NCBI GenBank assembly: GCA_965178125.1
Contig: OZ237741.1
Coordinates: forward strand, 558,001 to 622,000
Length of the DNA stretch: 64,000 bases
Source of the DNA: Bilabrum cf. latius
Taxonomy: Eukaryota
Direction of reading: 5' to 3'
The first letter of the stretch is position 1. Each line of letters opens with the position of its first letter. Shown in pieces: positions 31,275 to 43,626 of the stretch. The notes beneath the pieces were generated by a model that did not search any database, had not been told where the DNA came from, and was given only the letters and a program-made list of their open reading frames with translations. A program made the translations under genes and the position numbers.

Positions 31275-32012
31275 GGGCATTTGACAGGAAGGATCCAAGT
31301 ATTTAGGCTTTTTGGCACCCACTTCGGCTTCTGCGTTTTGTGCAAGCCCAAGGGTCCAAGTCTAGATCAAGGTTTGCCGTGGCTTGTTAGTTGACGGCCA
31401 CGCGTGCAGTCGCCATTGGTCGCAACGCTGGCAGGTACAGTAGTGCTCAACGCCTCCGGGGACTGCGTTACCACCCAATGGTGAAAGGTCAAAAAGTCGA
31501 AGGGTGCAGTCAGGGTCTCGCACCACTCATCGTGGACTCTAGCCGAGCAGCCATGTGTGCCTGAAAAGCACTCTGGTGCAGTTTTGGCAAGCACTACAGT
31601 GCATTGCAATAATTGTCGGTTAAGAGAAATTGTTCTCCCCGACCTAAACTAATTGTTCGAGCCAATCAAAGTAAACCAAACTGTCAATTTAGATTTTAAT
31701 ACTGATTATACCACGCACCGCGACAGAACGGAAGTTGCCAATTACCTGTCCTTGAGTGAAGACAACATCAAGTGGAGAGCTGTGGATTGTCTGTAGATTT
31801 TGGACGATACAACTCCTATTGAGCCCTTAACTCCTATTGAGCCCTGAACGTGAGTCGTAGTGACTGGGATGATACTATGGGTACTGTTCTCGCGGGCTGT
31901 GGTTTGCCGTCTCTCTGCTGGTTCAAAAGTCGTTCAAAATCGAGATGCGCCGACCATTTTGCAATCCATTTGAACCACTTACTAGCCTGCACTTTGGTTG
32001 TATATAAGCAGT

Positions 32013-33890
32013 ATGGATTGTCGACACGGTATCAAGTGTATCAATTACACGTGTACTCGGAGGCATCCTCCGGGACGCAAGCAGCTGTGTGCGTTCGGCG
32101 ATGGTTGCACAAACAAGGCTTGCCGAAGCATGCGGCTACATCCGAAAGTAGGCTCTAAGGTTATGTAGCCCCCGCATACTATGATCGGTCCTTCTGGGAA
32201 AACCCGCGGCAAGGCAATCGGCAAGCCTTGTCGTGATGGGGAAGCGTGCACGAGGTTCGATTGTAGGTTCGAGCATCCTCCTTCACGGGTTCCTGATTGC
32301 AGTCGCGGGGCTCTGTGCGTTAAGTATGGCTGCAAGAACTTGCATCCAGTGTCCCGGAAGATAGACTGTCCCCGCGGTGCCGCTTGCTCTCTCAACAGCT
32401 GCCCGAACGCGCACCCGCCAAGCCGCCCCCGCAAGTGCAAGTTTGGTGCCTCGTGCACGAGGCAAGGAAACGGCTGCAAATTCATGCACCCACCAAGTGA
32501 AAGCAGCCCCGCAGCGGTTGTAGGGGCAGCCCTGGCAGATCCCGCTGCTCCGGAAATCGATACTCATCACGACAGAATCGGTGCGATGCTCACTGGGATG
32601 GATCTCCCAGCAGAGCTGTCCACTCGCCACGCAACTCATCACTATAATGGGGCGGGCAGGGACTGGGAAAGCACCGGCGGTGGCGCGCACTCGAGGGGCT
32701 CCCTAACAAGCGCAAGCAGCCGGGGAGGCATGCACATGGTGGATAGTCGCCTGCACGGCTAGCGCCCTGCAGCGAGGCACAACACAACCGGAGCAGGAGC
32801 AACTAGGAGTGCAGCAGGAGGTGCGGGGCGGGGTCGGCACATTCCCGGCGGTGCTCCGCCACACCTTAAGCATCGCGAAATGCGCACAGGGGCGTCATCG
32901 GAAGGCAACGGGCTCGGCGGTAAGCTCGTCTTCGTTGGAGGTTTGCATCCGAAGACCAAAGCCACCGCTGTTTTGGCCGCCATGTCTGCGTTTGGTAAAG
33001 TGGACCAAGTTGCTGAGACATCTCTGCACAAAGGATTCACCTTCGTGACGTTTGGTGACGTTTCAGGCGCGCGGGCAGCTGTTAGAACTGGAGAAATAGA
33101 GTTTCCCGGTGGTATTGTTGCCGGGATCCAGTGGCCCAAACCCGCGGCTCCAAAGAAGAATAAAAGTTTCGCAGCGGAGAGCAAGGAGGACCAGCTAGCC
33201 TCAGCCGGAACCACGCAGGTATTCGTAGGCGGTATCGGCCGTAAAGTGCGCGCGATGGCGGTCATGGCCGCCATGTCTGCCTTTGGCAAGGTCGACGATA
33301 TTGTCGAAAGCACCCTCACACGAGGCCACACAGTCGTAACATTCCAAGATGCAGCGTGCGCCAAGCGCGCCCTCAAAGCGGGGTCAGTTGAGGTTGGCGA
33401 GGGACTGCGTGCCCGTATCGCGAAGCCCAGGCCGGGGCCCGGCGCAAGAAAGGCCGCCGCGCTTGGACGAGGAGGCCCAACTAGAGAGCCAATTCGAGCT
33501 CCACCAGCACGGGCTACTGAGTAGTACAGAGAGACAGCCAGCGCAGCAACGGGACAGGCAGCTCAGAAAACACGAGCAAGGACGTCCTACCCAAGAACTA
33601 CCCACAGCAGCGAGACCAGGACCGAAACACGGGGCAGACTTGCCCCAAGAATCAGCGCGGGACACGAAGACACCCTGCCAGCCGGCTGGACCCGGTACAC
33701 GGACGCGGGAACAGGCACGCCGTATTATGTTCACGAAGATGGCACTACACAGTGGGCCGACCCGAGGAAGCAGGCACATTCCCACTCCCCTTCGCTGCCC
33801 GGGGGATGGGCACAAGACGTGACCGACGGCGGCTACACATACTACCACCACGTGGATGGAAGGACCCAGTGGGAGAGGCCCATGGCCTGA
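32013..33890 (+). CDS. RNA-binding paralog: multiple CCCH fingers, 2 RRM, 2 WW (625 aa)
   Basis: N-terminus homologous to the 29457 gene; frame open through three TAG to TGA; LPAGW..YY..TQWADP and LPGGW..YY..TQWERP. Confidence 0.85.
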
Positions 33891-34231
33891 GATCCCTCTG
33901 TTACGGACTACGACCCCGCTAAGATGCCGCTAGGCTTCATGAATGCCGTTACGAAGGCGTTGCTGGTGGAGATAGGCCAGCTGGGGAACCGGGTGGCTTT
34001 GTCAAGGACCCGATACACAGTAGAAGCATGATCCAGCAAAGGACAACTGAAATCAAACAACGAAGACGCCCACTAGAACGACGTGTTTGGTGCGACAGCT
34101 CTATCTACATTTGGTGGCTGAAATTGCCATTGGAGTAAAGCTGAGCGACTGCTCTGCTGTGACGTGCTTGAATCCTTTAGTATAGACTTGAAGAAAGTGA
34201 AATTCGTGAGGCAGCTGCTCAGATCACATCA

Positions 34232-37200
34232 TCAGTCCGCGGCATCGTCACGAGTCGATTGCAGCAATGCTCGCCGCACGCACGTGGACAAGTCGGGCAG
34301 CACCTCAACCTGCCCATCCTCACCGTTACCGTGCCCCTACTCGGCAGCGGCCTCCTGTCCTTTACCATCGCCCTCGTCTCTGGCGCCCTGCAGCCTGCGG
34401 AGCAGTCGGACGACATGGCCCTTTACGCCAGCACTGACCCCAGGCGACTTGGTAGGGCTGGAAGCGCCACCGGCCGCGCCGTTCAACTTCCTCCGGATAG
34501 AAGACGTGCCTCCCTACTACTCAGCGAAGAGCTCTGCTTCGCTTGCTAGAGCAGCTGCGTAGGCGAAAGTGGTCGCAACCGCGCTGACCAGAAGTGGGCG
34601 AAACCCAGGAGCAAAGTGCCACAGGTACTCAAGCAAGGAAGTTGCTACAGTGACGGCCGAGGCATCCCCAACCTTGGTCGGCAGTGGCGCCGCCTTCTTC
34701 TGCTTCGCCTTGCGCTTAGCAAGCATCTTCTGTCGGAAGCGCTCGGCCCGACTAAGCTTCTTGCCGTCCTTACCACCCTGCTCCCCATCTTTGCCAGCTG
34801 CCCCGCTGCCAGCCGCAGCTTCTTCAACACTGCCTCCCAGAGAATCTGCGCGCTTTGCAGCCGCCGAAAGGGGGGCGCACACGGATCGCAGCACAAGGAT
34901 TGTGCTGGCGGCATGCGCCAGCCTGCCGGCTGTGGCATGGGCCAGTGCCCGGGCCTGCCCTGTCCCCGACGCTCCCACAAGAGCATCGACAGCGTGCAAC
35001 GACGTGGCGATTGAGTCCGCAGATGTTTCCATTACTTTTCCACGCACGTCTGCGAGGTCCTTGGGAGCTGCGGGCGGCCACTGCTTGCCCCTGGAGCGCA
35101 CAGCTCTGACTGCTTCCGTCAGGATGCTGGCATCGAGCCCCGATGAAACCGCGCAAGGTGACCCTGCGCCTCGTGGCACTGCCTCTCGCTTGTCATGGGC
35201 TGGCGGGAGACCAATACACAGCCTTAATGCGACGTCGTCGAGGCGGGCAGCTGCTGCCAGGCCTGCAGCGAGCTCTGAGGCGCACTCTCTCAGCATGAGC
35301 ACGTCAGCTGTGCCGATCTAAGTGCCGCCCGCCGGCACAATCGAAGACACGGGAGCGTCTGCTCGGACGGCTCTCCCGCCATCGGCGCGGGAGAATGGCA
35401 AAAATGGAGGTCGTGCGTTTGAGGTGGGTGCTCCCCTCCCGAACCGCGACCCAAACCCACTTCCGAACCCGTTCCCGAACCCCGACCCATACCCGCTCCC
35501 TATAGACTTGGCCGACATTGTATGCGACAGGTCAGGCTGCCTGGGCCCGTCAACAGTGGAGTCAATGGTCATCCCACTTTCCATTCGGGACACTTGGCTC
35601 TACTTCCTGTGCACCACCGAAGACTTGCGGTGCAGCCACTCTGGCACATCCGCCTCCGAGCTACCCGTGATGGTCCTTCTTCTAGGCGTAAAAGGCTGCA
35701 CTCCGATGCGGAGCAGCCATTCCTAGATGTGCCGACTCACAAACGCCCCAGTCACCGCCGCTGAGGTCAGTGCCGGCACCGGCAGTGACGAAGTCCCAGC
35801 GCCCTCCGCAAACGCTGCCGCTGCAGCCAGGTGCCGAATCTCTCTAGCAGCCCGCAGCCGCACACCAATCGAGCCGTAGCAAAGCTCCTCTCGCATCCTT
35901 GGAACCTCTAGCTGCTTGAAGAACTGCCGCTGGGGCGTGCTCATGAGCTGGTGGAGAGCCTCCACAAGATCATCGAAGGACGGCCTCGCCCGCGGATTCC
36001 TGTTGAGCGCCTCGGTGATAATCTGGAGGAGAGCGGCCGCTGTGCTCTGGTCGTGGCAGCTCCATTCCTCCACCCTGCCAGGCAGCAGCGCACCTGCCTG
36101 CACTGGCAGTCCCCGCTGCACCAGCACATCTGCGGTCTCCTCGGCGCACCCTTCGATGTACGCCCCGATGGGCTTGGGCTGCGCTGCGCCTGTTGCGCTG
36201 CTGCTGCTAGCTGCCGCCCTCTACCTCTGGCGGGCTCGACTCGCCACGGAAATGGACCCTGCCTCGCCCGCTAGGTCTGCAACGAAATCCTCAGCAGAAG
36301 CGTCGCTGGTCTTGCTCTCCGTAGATCGGTGCGCAGCTGCGGCCGGACGCCGATGGGGCTTCCCCTCGGGCGCTGCCGCAGAGACGGCTGGTTGGATGCT
36401 AGTCAGATCGCTACTGTCAGCTGCTTGCACCGTCACGATTGATTCTTCTCCGCTAACCTCCCGGTCGATTGCAACCCGTGGGAGCTGGGGGCTCGCGTCA
36501 CCAACGCCGCCGTCCGCTCTTGAGCCAGAAGGCTGCAGAAGCGGCAGAACGGCGTCCATCTGCGCGACAGCTTGGCCGAACATGAAATCATCTTGCCACT
36601 GCTGCATCAATTCCGGCGCAGGCACTTGCAGCCCGCGCAACACTCCGCGGCTTTGCCTGCTGCTCGTGCTCTCGGCGCTCCTGGCGCTCGGCCTGGGCGG
36701 CACTAGGGCCCTCCCTTCCCCGTTCGATGAAGGCACCGGCGCGGTAGGGTGCGAGTCCCCAATGCTTGAGCCGGATGGACTGGCCAGCAGGTGGGCCACC
36801 CGAGAGCGCCTGTTCTGGGCTGGCTGCGCCGCTGCAGCTACTGCAGCACCATCTACTGTGGTCGAGGCTGCCTGCGTGTAGTCTGGGCGCGGCGCTGCTC
36901 CTGACCAGTCCTCGACCTCCGTGTCGTTGCCTCTTGACAGAGAGCTCGGCTGCTGCGAGACCACGTTGGATTCATGCGATGCTTGGGCCGCCACTGCCCT
37001 AGGCTAAGCCGGTGGCTATTCGGAAACTGCCAGGGTGTCCACTTCAAGATCCAACGAAGTGACCCTGGACCTGTGCCTGGATGGGTCGGCCAGCGGCGTG
37101 CCAGGGGCGATCACCTCGGCACCGTCGCCGCTGTCGCTGCTAGACGACATCTGGGCCATCAACCTTGTGCTGCGCTCGAAGTCCTACCCGAGGCCTCTGA

Positions 37201-40200
37201 TCCACTCGTCGAACGCCCGCGAGTGCAGCCCGTCCATCGCCCCCGTCAAACGAGGGACAGCTGACGAGCCCATCACATCATCGCCCGGCCTGCACCACAT
37301 CGGCACGCTGGGCACAGCCCCCTCCTCTAGCACCGCGTCAATGAAATCGAAGCGACGGTACCTGTCGCTGAACGGCAGGACCCTGGACAGCAGCTCGCAC
37401 ATCACAATACCGAACGCATAGACGTCGACCTGACCGCCGTACCTCTCACCCTCCAGCACCTCGGGGGCCATGAATTGAGGCGTGCCCATCACCCCCACGA
37501 TGTTGCCGCTGCTGGCCATCGCACCCGTGCCGGTCACGGCGCCGCTGCCAGCACCGCTCGGGGTTAGCTTGCCCGACTTAGATGGGCTCGCACCAGTGGG
37601 AGTACCAGTGGCGCTCAACGCAGACCCCGCGGCAGTCCCGCTGCCTGACCTCGCTCCCCGCCGGGATTTCTTGATGACCGTCAGGCCAAAGTCAGCTACT
37701 TTGATCACCATGTCACGCGACACGAGCAGGTTCTGGCTCTTGAGATCTCGGTGGATGATGCCTCGACGTCTCGAATGCAGGTAGGCCATGCCCTGCGCCG
37801 TCTGCAGCGCCATGTTGACCCGGCTGGCTGCACTGATCGGCTGGGTGGGGTCGTACAGCATGTCGTGGAGCGAGCCCCTCTCGCACCACTCGGTCACGAT
37901 GAAAATGTTTGGAGGTGTGGTAGACGCGCCCATGTACAGCACAACGTTCGGGTGCCGCAGCTGCGCAAGGATGTCCACTTCGTCCTTGAGGCTTTCCACC
38001 TCTTTGCTCGTGACCTCAGTGGCCCGCATGAGCTTCACCGCCACGTCACTTCCCCACAGTCTGCCTCGAAACACCTCGCCAAAGTTCCCCGCCCCGATCC
38101 TCTCGGTCACCTCGACCTCGTCCTCCGACAGCTCCCACTCGGCCGGGCCGTACAGCCATCCGCCCGCCCCCATCATGCTGCGGCGGCCGCCGCTGCTGGC
38201 TCGGTTCATCCCACCGCTCTGCCTTCGCTCTATTTCCGCCCTGGACCCGCCTCCAACCCGTCCACTCCGGGTCATGCCAACCTCTGACTAGGACCCGTCC
38301 TGGGAGTTGGGAGTCCCGACCGCCGCGCCTCCCTCGAGCCTGCCCTCGGAGATGCGCCTGGAAATCATCCCAGAGTCTGCCCCCCTGGGCGACCCTGAGT
38401 CTCGTCTGTGTTCCCCGAGGGCACCAGGCCGGACACCGTTGGAGGAGGACTAGGCGTCCAGCACCGACCTCCGCACGTCGCTGCTGCTCGGCGGCAGTTG
38501 AGAAGGGGAGGGCCCTGCCAGGTTGTGCTGCATGGGAGCTGACCGATCCAGGGCCGACGTGGCCAAAGGCGTGCCGTGCTCCATTGCCTTGCCACCCTCT
38601 CCGTCCCCGAGGTCTGGAGTAGGCCCGACGACTCCACCAGTGGGCGATTTCCTGGAGAGGACGGAGGGGCGCCTGTTCCCCAGGCTGGCACCCCTGCTGC
38701 CCGCCTGGCCATCGTGACCTGCATCGTCGGCGGCGCGGGTGCTCCTGCTCTCGGAAGACTCTGCGATGGCGCCGAGCTGGCCCTACCTCCCGCTGCTGGA
38801 CTTCTCCTCATGCTCCTTGTCAACTGCCTCGTACCCTTGGTCACCCGTTGGTGCAGACTGTGACCGGAGCATACCAGGCGCCCCCACACCGAATGTAGAT
38901 ATGCGGCGAGTATCCCCGCCCATCTTGTGCACCACGTCACCGATCGTCACGATGGATCTCCGGACGCCAAAGTGAGACACTCCAGAGCGCCCGCTGGAAG
39001 GCCTCCTCGTGAACCTCACCTCTCTCTGTCTGCGCTGGTACCCCTCGACCAGCTGCTTGACCGACATGAGCCACGCGTCCCTCTGCTTTGCGCTCTCCGC
39101 GCACAGGTACAGGGTCCTATCCGGCGTCACCACCGCGAAGAGATACGGGGTGAGGGAGGCCGGCAGCCCCAGCGAGTCGGCCTCGGTGCCCTGGATAATG
39201 GAGGTTGTGGCGAGGAAGCTCTCACTGCCTGGTGTCCCATCACCAAGTCCGACTAGTGGCATGGCTCCAAGCAGAGTAGGATTGCTGGGCGAGTAGTAGT
39301 GCAGGGTCTCGTCCTTTAGGGCGAAGAACCGTCGCTTCCAGGTCTTGCGACCGCCCTTGTGTCCACCACGCTTCCACAAGTGCCCCGTCTTCAAAACCAC
39401 CTCCAGCTGCTGACCGCCTTTCGCAGCACCTACTGGCGTGCCATCTGCTCCGCCCCACCCGCTGAAGATCCCCATGATGCCTCCTTGCCCGCCACCACGC
39501 GACATGAACTATCGATAGGCTCTCAGCTCACCCTATCGCCTGGCTTCCTCAAGGAGCTGCTCCTCACGCCGCTGCCTGCTAAATGCCTCTCGCATGGGTG
39601 CGATCATTGTGCTGGTAGCACCGGCTACGCTGCTCCCAGCCGCTGGTTGGTCCCCCAAGCGACCACCCATTGCAGGAGATAGCCCATATGCGTCCTCTCT
39701 AAGCCCACCCGCACCACCCATCATGCCTGGCGACACGCCAGTCATTGTGAGCCCGGCGGATCCTCCTACCAGCTGCGGTCCTGTCGTCAGGCCCAAGGCC
39801 ATCGCCCGCGCCGGCTCTACGGTACGCGCTGTGGCTAGCATCCTTAAGGCCAGTCTGGCCGGGTCTTGCGGGTCATACCCGTGTTCCGGCTGGCCGCCTC
39901 CACCGTGGCCGTCGCCGCTCCACTACCCATCGGCTGCAGACTAGCCGTTTGGCGAACGACCGGCGCCAGCTCCGGTCAGCGGTGGCCGATCGTATGGTGT
40001 GCTCATTGTGTGCGACCGAGGCTTCATAATACCATCACCGACTGGGCCCCACGGCCCCACCTCCGCCCCAGCTGAGGACCGCCTGCGTCCGTTCGCCCAC
40101 CCATTCGCACCCATAGCACCCCGCGCCCGGGATCCAGAAGTCCCTGGCAACACACCCTACGACCCACCTGCACCCGGTGTACTGGCGGAGGATCCATGCG

Positions 40201-41394
40201 CCGCAGCCTCATCCGCCACGTCCACGAGTAGCCTCCGTGAAGAGCCCCTCGTCCTGGGCCTTGGCCTGCTGACGGCCCCCTCTGCCATGCCGGCTTCCTC
40301 TGCATGGCCCTGCTCTGTGGTACCGGCCAGGAGCACCTTGTCGATCCTCCTCTCGATCAGCTGTCTCCTTCCCTTGGAATCTACCTTGATGTCGAAGCCA
40401 GTCTGCCTCGTTGCGTCGAAAAATCGCTTGCAGGCGTCAGAGCAGAACGTCAGCAGCCGCCGGGGCCTGGCGCCGGGGACCGGCGGCGGGAGCACCGTCA
40501 GCGCCCCGCTTGGGCTCCTTGCTACGGTGGTTCCACCACTCGTCACACTACCTGTCCCTGCTTTGCTGCTAGCGTCCCCGGCCCGACTGTTCCCCACCGG
40601 GGCGAGAGGGCTCTGCGAGGGGTCCCCAGGAGCCTGGGGCAAGGAGGGCGGCACGATGTCGCGAGCAGCAGCCGCGGCTTCCTCCGAGCCAGGGATGTAC
40701 GCTACCGTGCCTCGTCGCCCTGCGTCCCACGCACGGACCGCCTTCCCGGTCCCAGTCCCCGCAGTGCTGGCGTCATCGATCCGCTTCCCGCAAGAGGCGC
40801 ACCGTGGGCTCGACAGCATTTCGGAGGAGCCCGAGTTGTGGTGCGCGAGGGTTCTTCGCCGCACCCCTCGCTTCATGGCAGCACGAACGGCAGCTTCGCC
40901 GTCAGCTTGTGTGACAACGTCCTCGCCGTCATTGGCACGGTGCTAGCTCTCCGCTTGCAGACCAAGAAAGGCAACGAGAGTGTTGCGGACCGAATCATGT
41001 TCATCCGCGACGCTTGCAAGGGCGTCAAGATACATTTGGAGAGACACAGTCCTTTCATTTATCACAACACTACTGGCCCCGCTCATAAGTGTACGTCCAG
41101 GCAGCTGCGGTTTCGTAATAGTGATGAGCGAAGGGATTTGCATTGTCGAACTGCCCAAATTCGCTGGCTCGAACCCACGTTCCAATAGAAACTTACTACA
41201 GGTATCTGTATCAAAGAATCCTCGGCTGCAAGGGCCTACACTTCTTGGTGAAGCGCTCGAAAGTCCGTGTACCTGGCTCCCTTTACATGACCCATACCAA
41301 CCCGGAGCTTGTACTCGGCGAAAAATACTCTGCGCTATGCATCCCATCGCACCTAGTGACCAACAAGGGCGGCTCTAGGAGCCGTTCCAGTCAT
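34232..41394 (-). CDS. PX + PH + TKL-type protein kinase (~2356 aa; one intron 41105-41196)
   Basis: PX RYTDFRALH..IPV|LPGR..INERTVSLQMYL across a GTAAGT...GCAG intron; PH GHLWKRGG..WKRRFF; kinase GAGNFG, VAVK, HRDLKSQN, DFG, APE; nine track ORFs in one frame; ends TGA. Confidence 0.85.
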
Positions 41395-41548
41395 GCCGTC
41401 GCCAGGTAAATGCGAAAACAGAGATGTTTCACTACAACGTCTAAAGGAACGTTCCGTCAGGGTTCGTTGCACATTGAGTGCGTGTTTCCCAGGACGATTG
41501 GAAGCTATACAACCCTACCCAGCATTTTTTGCCGCGACAAAGCAAATT

Positions 41549-43141
41549 ATGTGTACATGTTGTAGGGGAAAGTCGAATGAAGTGACATGGATAGACGTAA
41601 TATGGGAGTAGCCGAGCAGGTTTTTGGTGTGGTTAGCAATCGTAGCTGTGCAAGCCGCAGTGTTGCTGATTGAAAGAACTTTTGTGGTAGTCAGGGGCTC
41701 CTAGCTAGCTTCTGAATACGGCGCAAGTGCAGTAGTAGCTGAATCAACTAGAACGTACATGTGGTTCTTCGCAATAGTCCTGATCACAGTTATCTTCAAC
41801 TGCATGTACGCGGTTCAGGCAGTCGTGTTAAGTTCATTCATTCGGCTACGTTTGTTTTTGGTCGCATCACTTCTTCTGATCGTGCGTATAAGCGTTGAGT
41901 TTTTTGGGAGGCAGGAGGTCTGTCTCGGACAAACGTACTACGCGGTCTGCTCTTCATTCTTTGCGCTGGACTGCGTATTGTTTGCGGTGCAGGTAGGCAT
42001 GGCGTTTTACTTGCAATCTGACCTTACTTGGCGACGCTACAAGGCCATCGGCAGCAGTGTGGACTAGCGCGAGATTTACACGTACTATGAAGCATTCACT
42101 GCGTGCCTCTCGCTAGACCTGCAGCTTAGCTTGATCGTCCTAGTGACTGGTTTCGCGTTTATATCGTCGTCTACGGTTTGGTTGGTCATTCTCAATGTTG
42201 TGGTACTTATTCTAGACCTTGTGTGGCACTGGCTAGGCTCTCAGGGCATGCGACAGCAGAATTTCCAGTATCTCGTCGGGTTTTGGGTCCTCAGCCTGGT
42301 GCAGCCCATCTTTGTGGGGCTGCTGCTCGTATACGCCACGCTGGAAGAAGACAGCATAGAGAATGCCGACGACGATGCGATCCAGCCCGGGCCAGGGAAC
42401 AGCACGCAGGCGGGGGAGCAGGCCGGCGGCGCAGCAAGCTCAGGCGCTGCGTATTCTCAAGGTGTGGGAGAGTCAGGGGGGGAACAGTCTGACCAACCAA
42501 TTGCACCAAGCTTGCTGCGCAACACAGAGTAGGTTGTGGTGGTTCTATTCGTGGTTCTTACTGCTGTTCTGAACCGAACAGTGTGCGTGCTGCTGAGTGG
42601 CTGGCTGAGCCGGCTGTTTGGGCCCAAATTCGGAGTGATCAACAAGGTGCTCCAGATGGGATACGAACCGTTCGTGAAGGGAAGGTCTGACAGGAGCGGC
42701 AGGGGTAGGGGTCCGGCGAGGCAACAGGAGATGGGGTCTGGTGCCGCGGGTCGTTCGCTCGGCGCTGCCAGTGGTGGAGCTAGGAGAAGCGACGATAGGC
42801 GACTTGAAGGTGACGGCTCTAGGCTGCTTGGAGCTGCGAAGCGAAGCGAGCGCGTGAGGAAGCTGATGAGGGAACAGTCCTCGAGGGGAGGTGTGGGGGA
42901 TGCAACTGGACCCCTGGGTGGGGGTACCGGGGGTAGTTCGGGCGCTGCCGCTGCGGTTGCGCAGCCAGCCCACGATGCGCTGGTAGATGGTGCGCTCGTG
43001 GAGATCGGCCAGGGTCCTGATGGTGACCTGAGCAGGGGTCAGGACCTGCAGGGTGTTGTGCCTGCCAGGGGCGCCGCGCCAAGCTTTTCAGGTCCAAAGG
43101 GGGTTATTGTTACTCGTGGAGTTGATTTAGGTGGATCTTGA
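41549..43141 (+). CDS. Multi-pass membrane protein (~530 aa; start uncertain)
   Basis: About seven hydrophobic segments; track ORFs 41759, 42131 and 42536 joined by TAG; ends TGA. Confidence 0.72.
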
Positions 43142-43626
43142 ATCAATTGTATTATAGAACTGCGCGTGTTGTGGGATCATATTGGACACCGTGCCTTGGA
43201 CGATTGAGACCCTCGGCACGGTCTGATGAAATACAGAAGTACAGAAATACATTGTTGGGTAAAGATTCCGTAAGCACCCAGATGCACCGTCGCCCCCGAG
43301 GGGGTCTGATGAGAGCGAGGCACAGTTGTGTGTTGCCCGGCGGCGGTTGATTTGCGACGAGTCTGTTCCCGGCGGTCGCCAGGAACCTTTCTCATTCGAA
43401 ATACTTGCACAAATCGACGAGCAGGACAGAAAGAGTTTAACTTCCAGGTGTATCGCATCGAAAAGCTACACAATATTGATTGTTTCCGCATTTAGTGGCT
43501 TGGAAAGAGCTGTTAGGTGGTTTCAACTGCCTCAAGACTGGCACCGGCAACAGGACGTGGCAAGGAAATTTCGGGCTGTAGCAGCGATTGTCGCCCGCGC
43601 TCGGACCCAAGACGATATATATTAGT

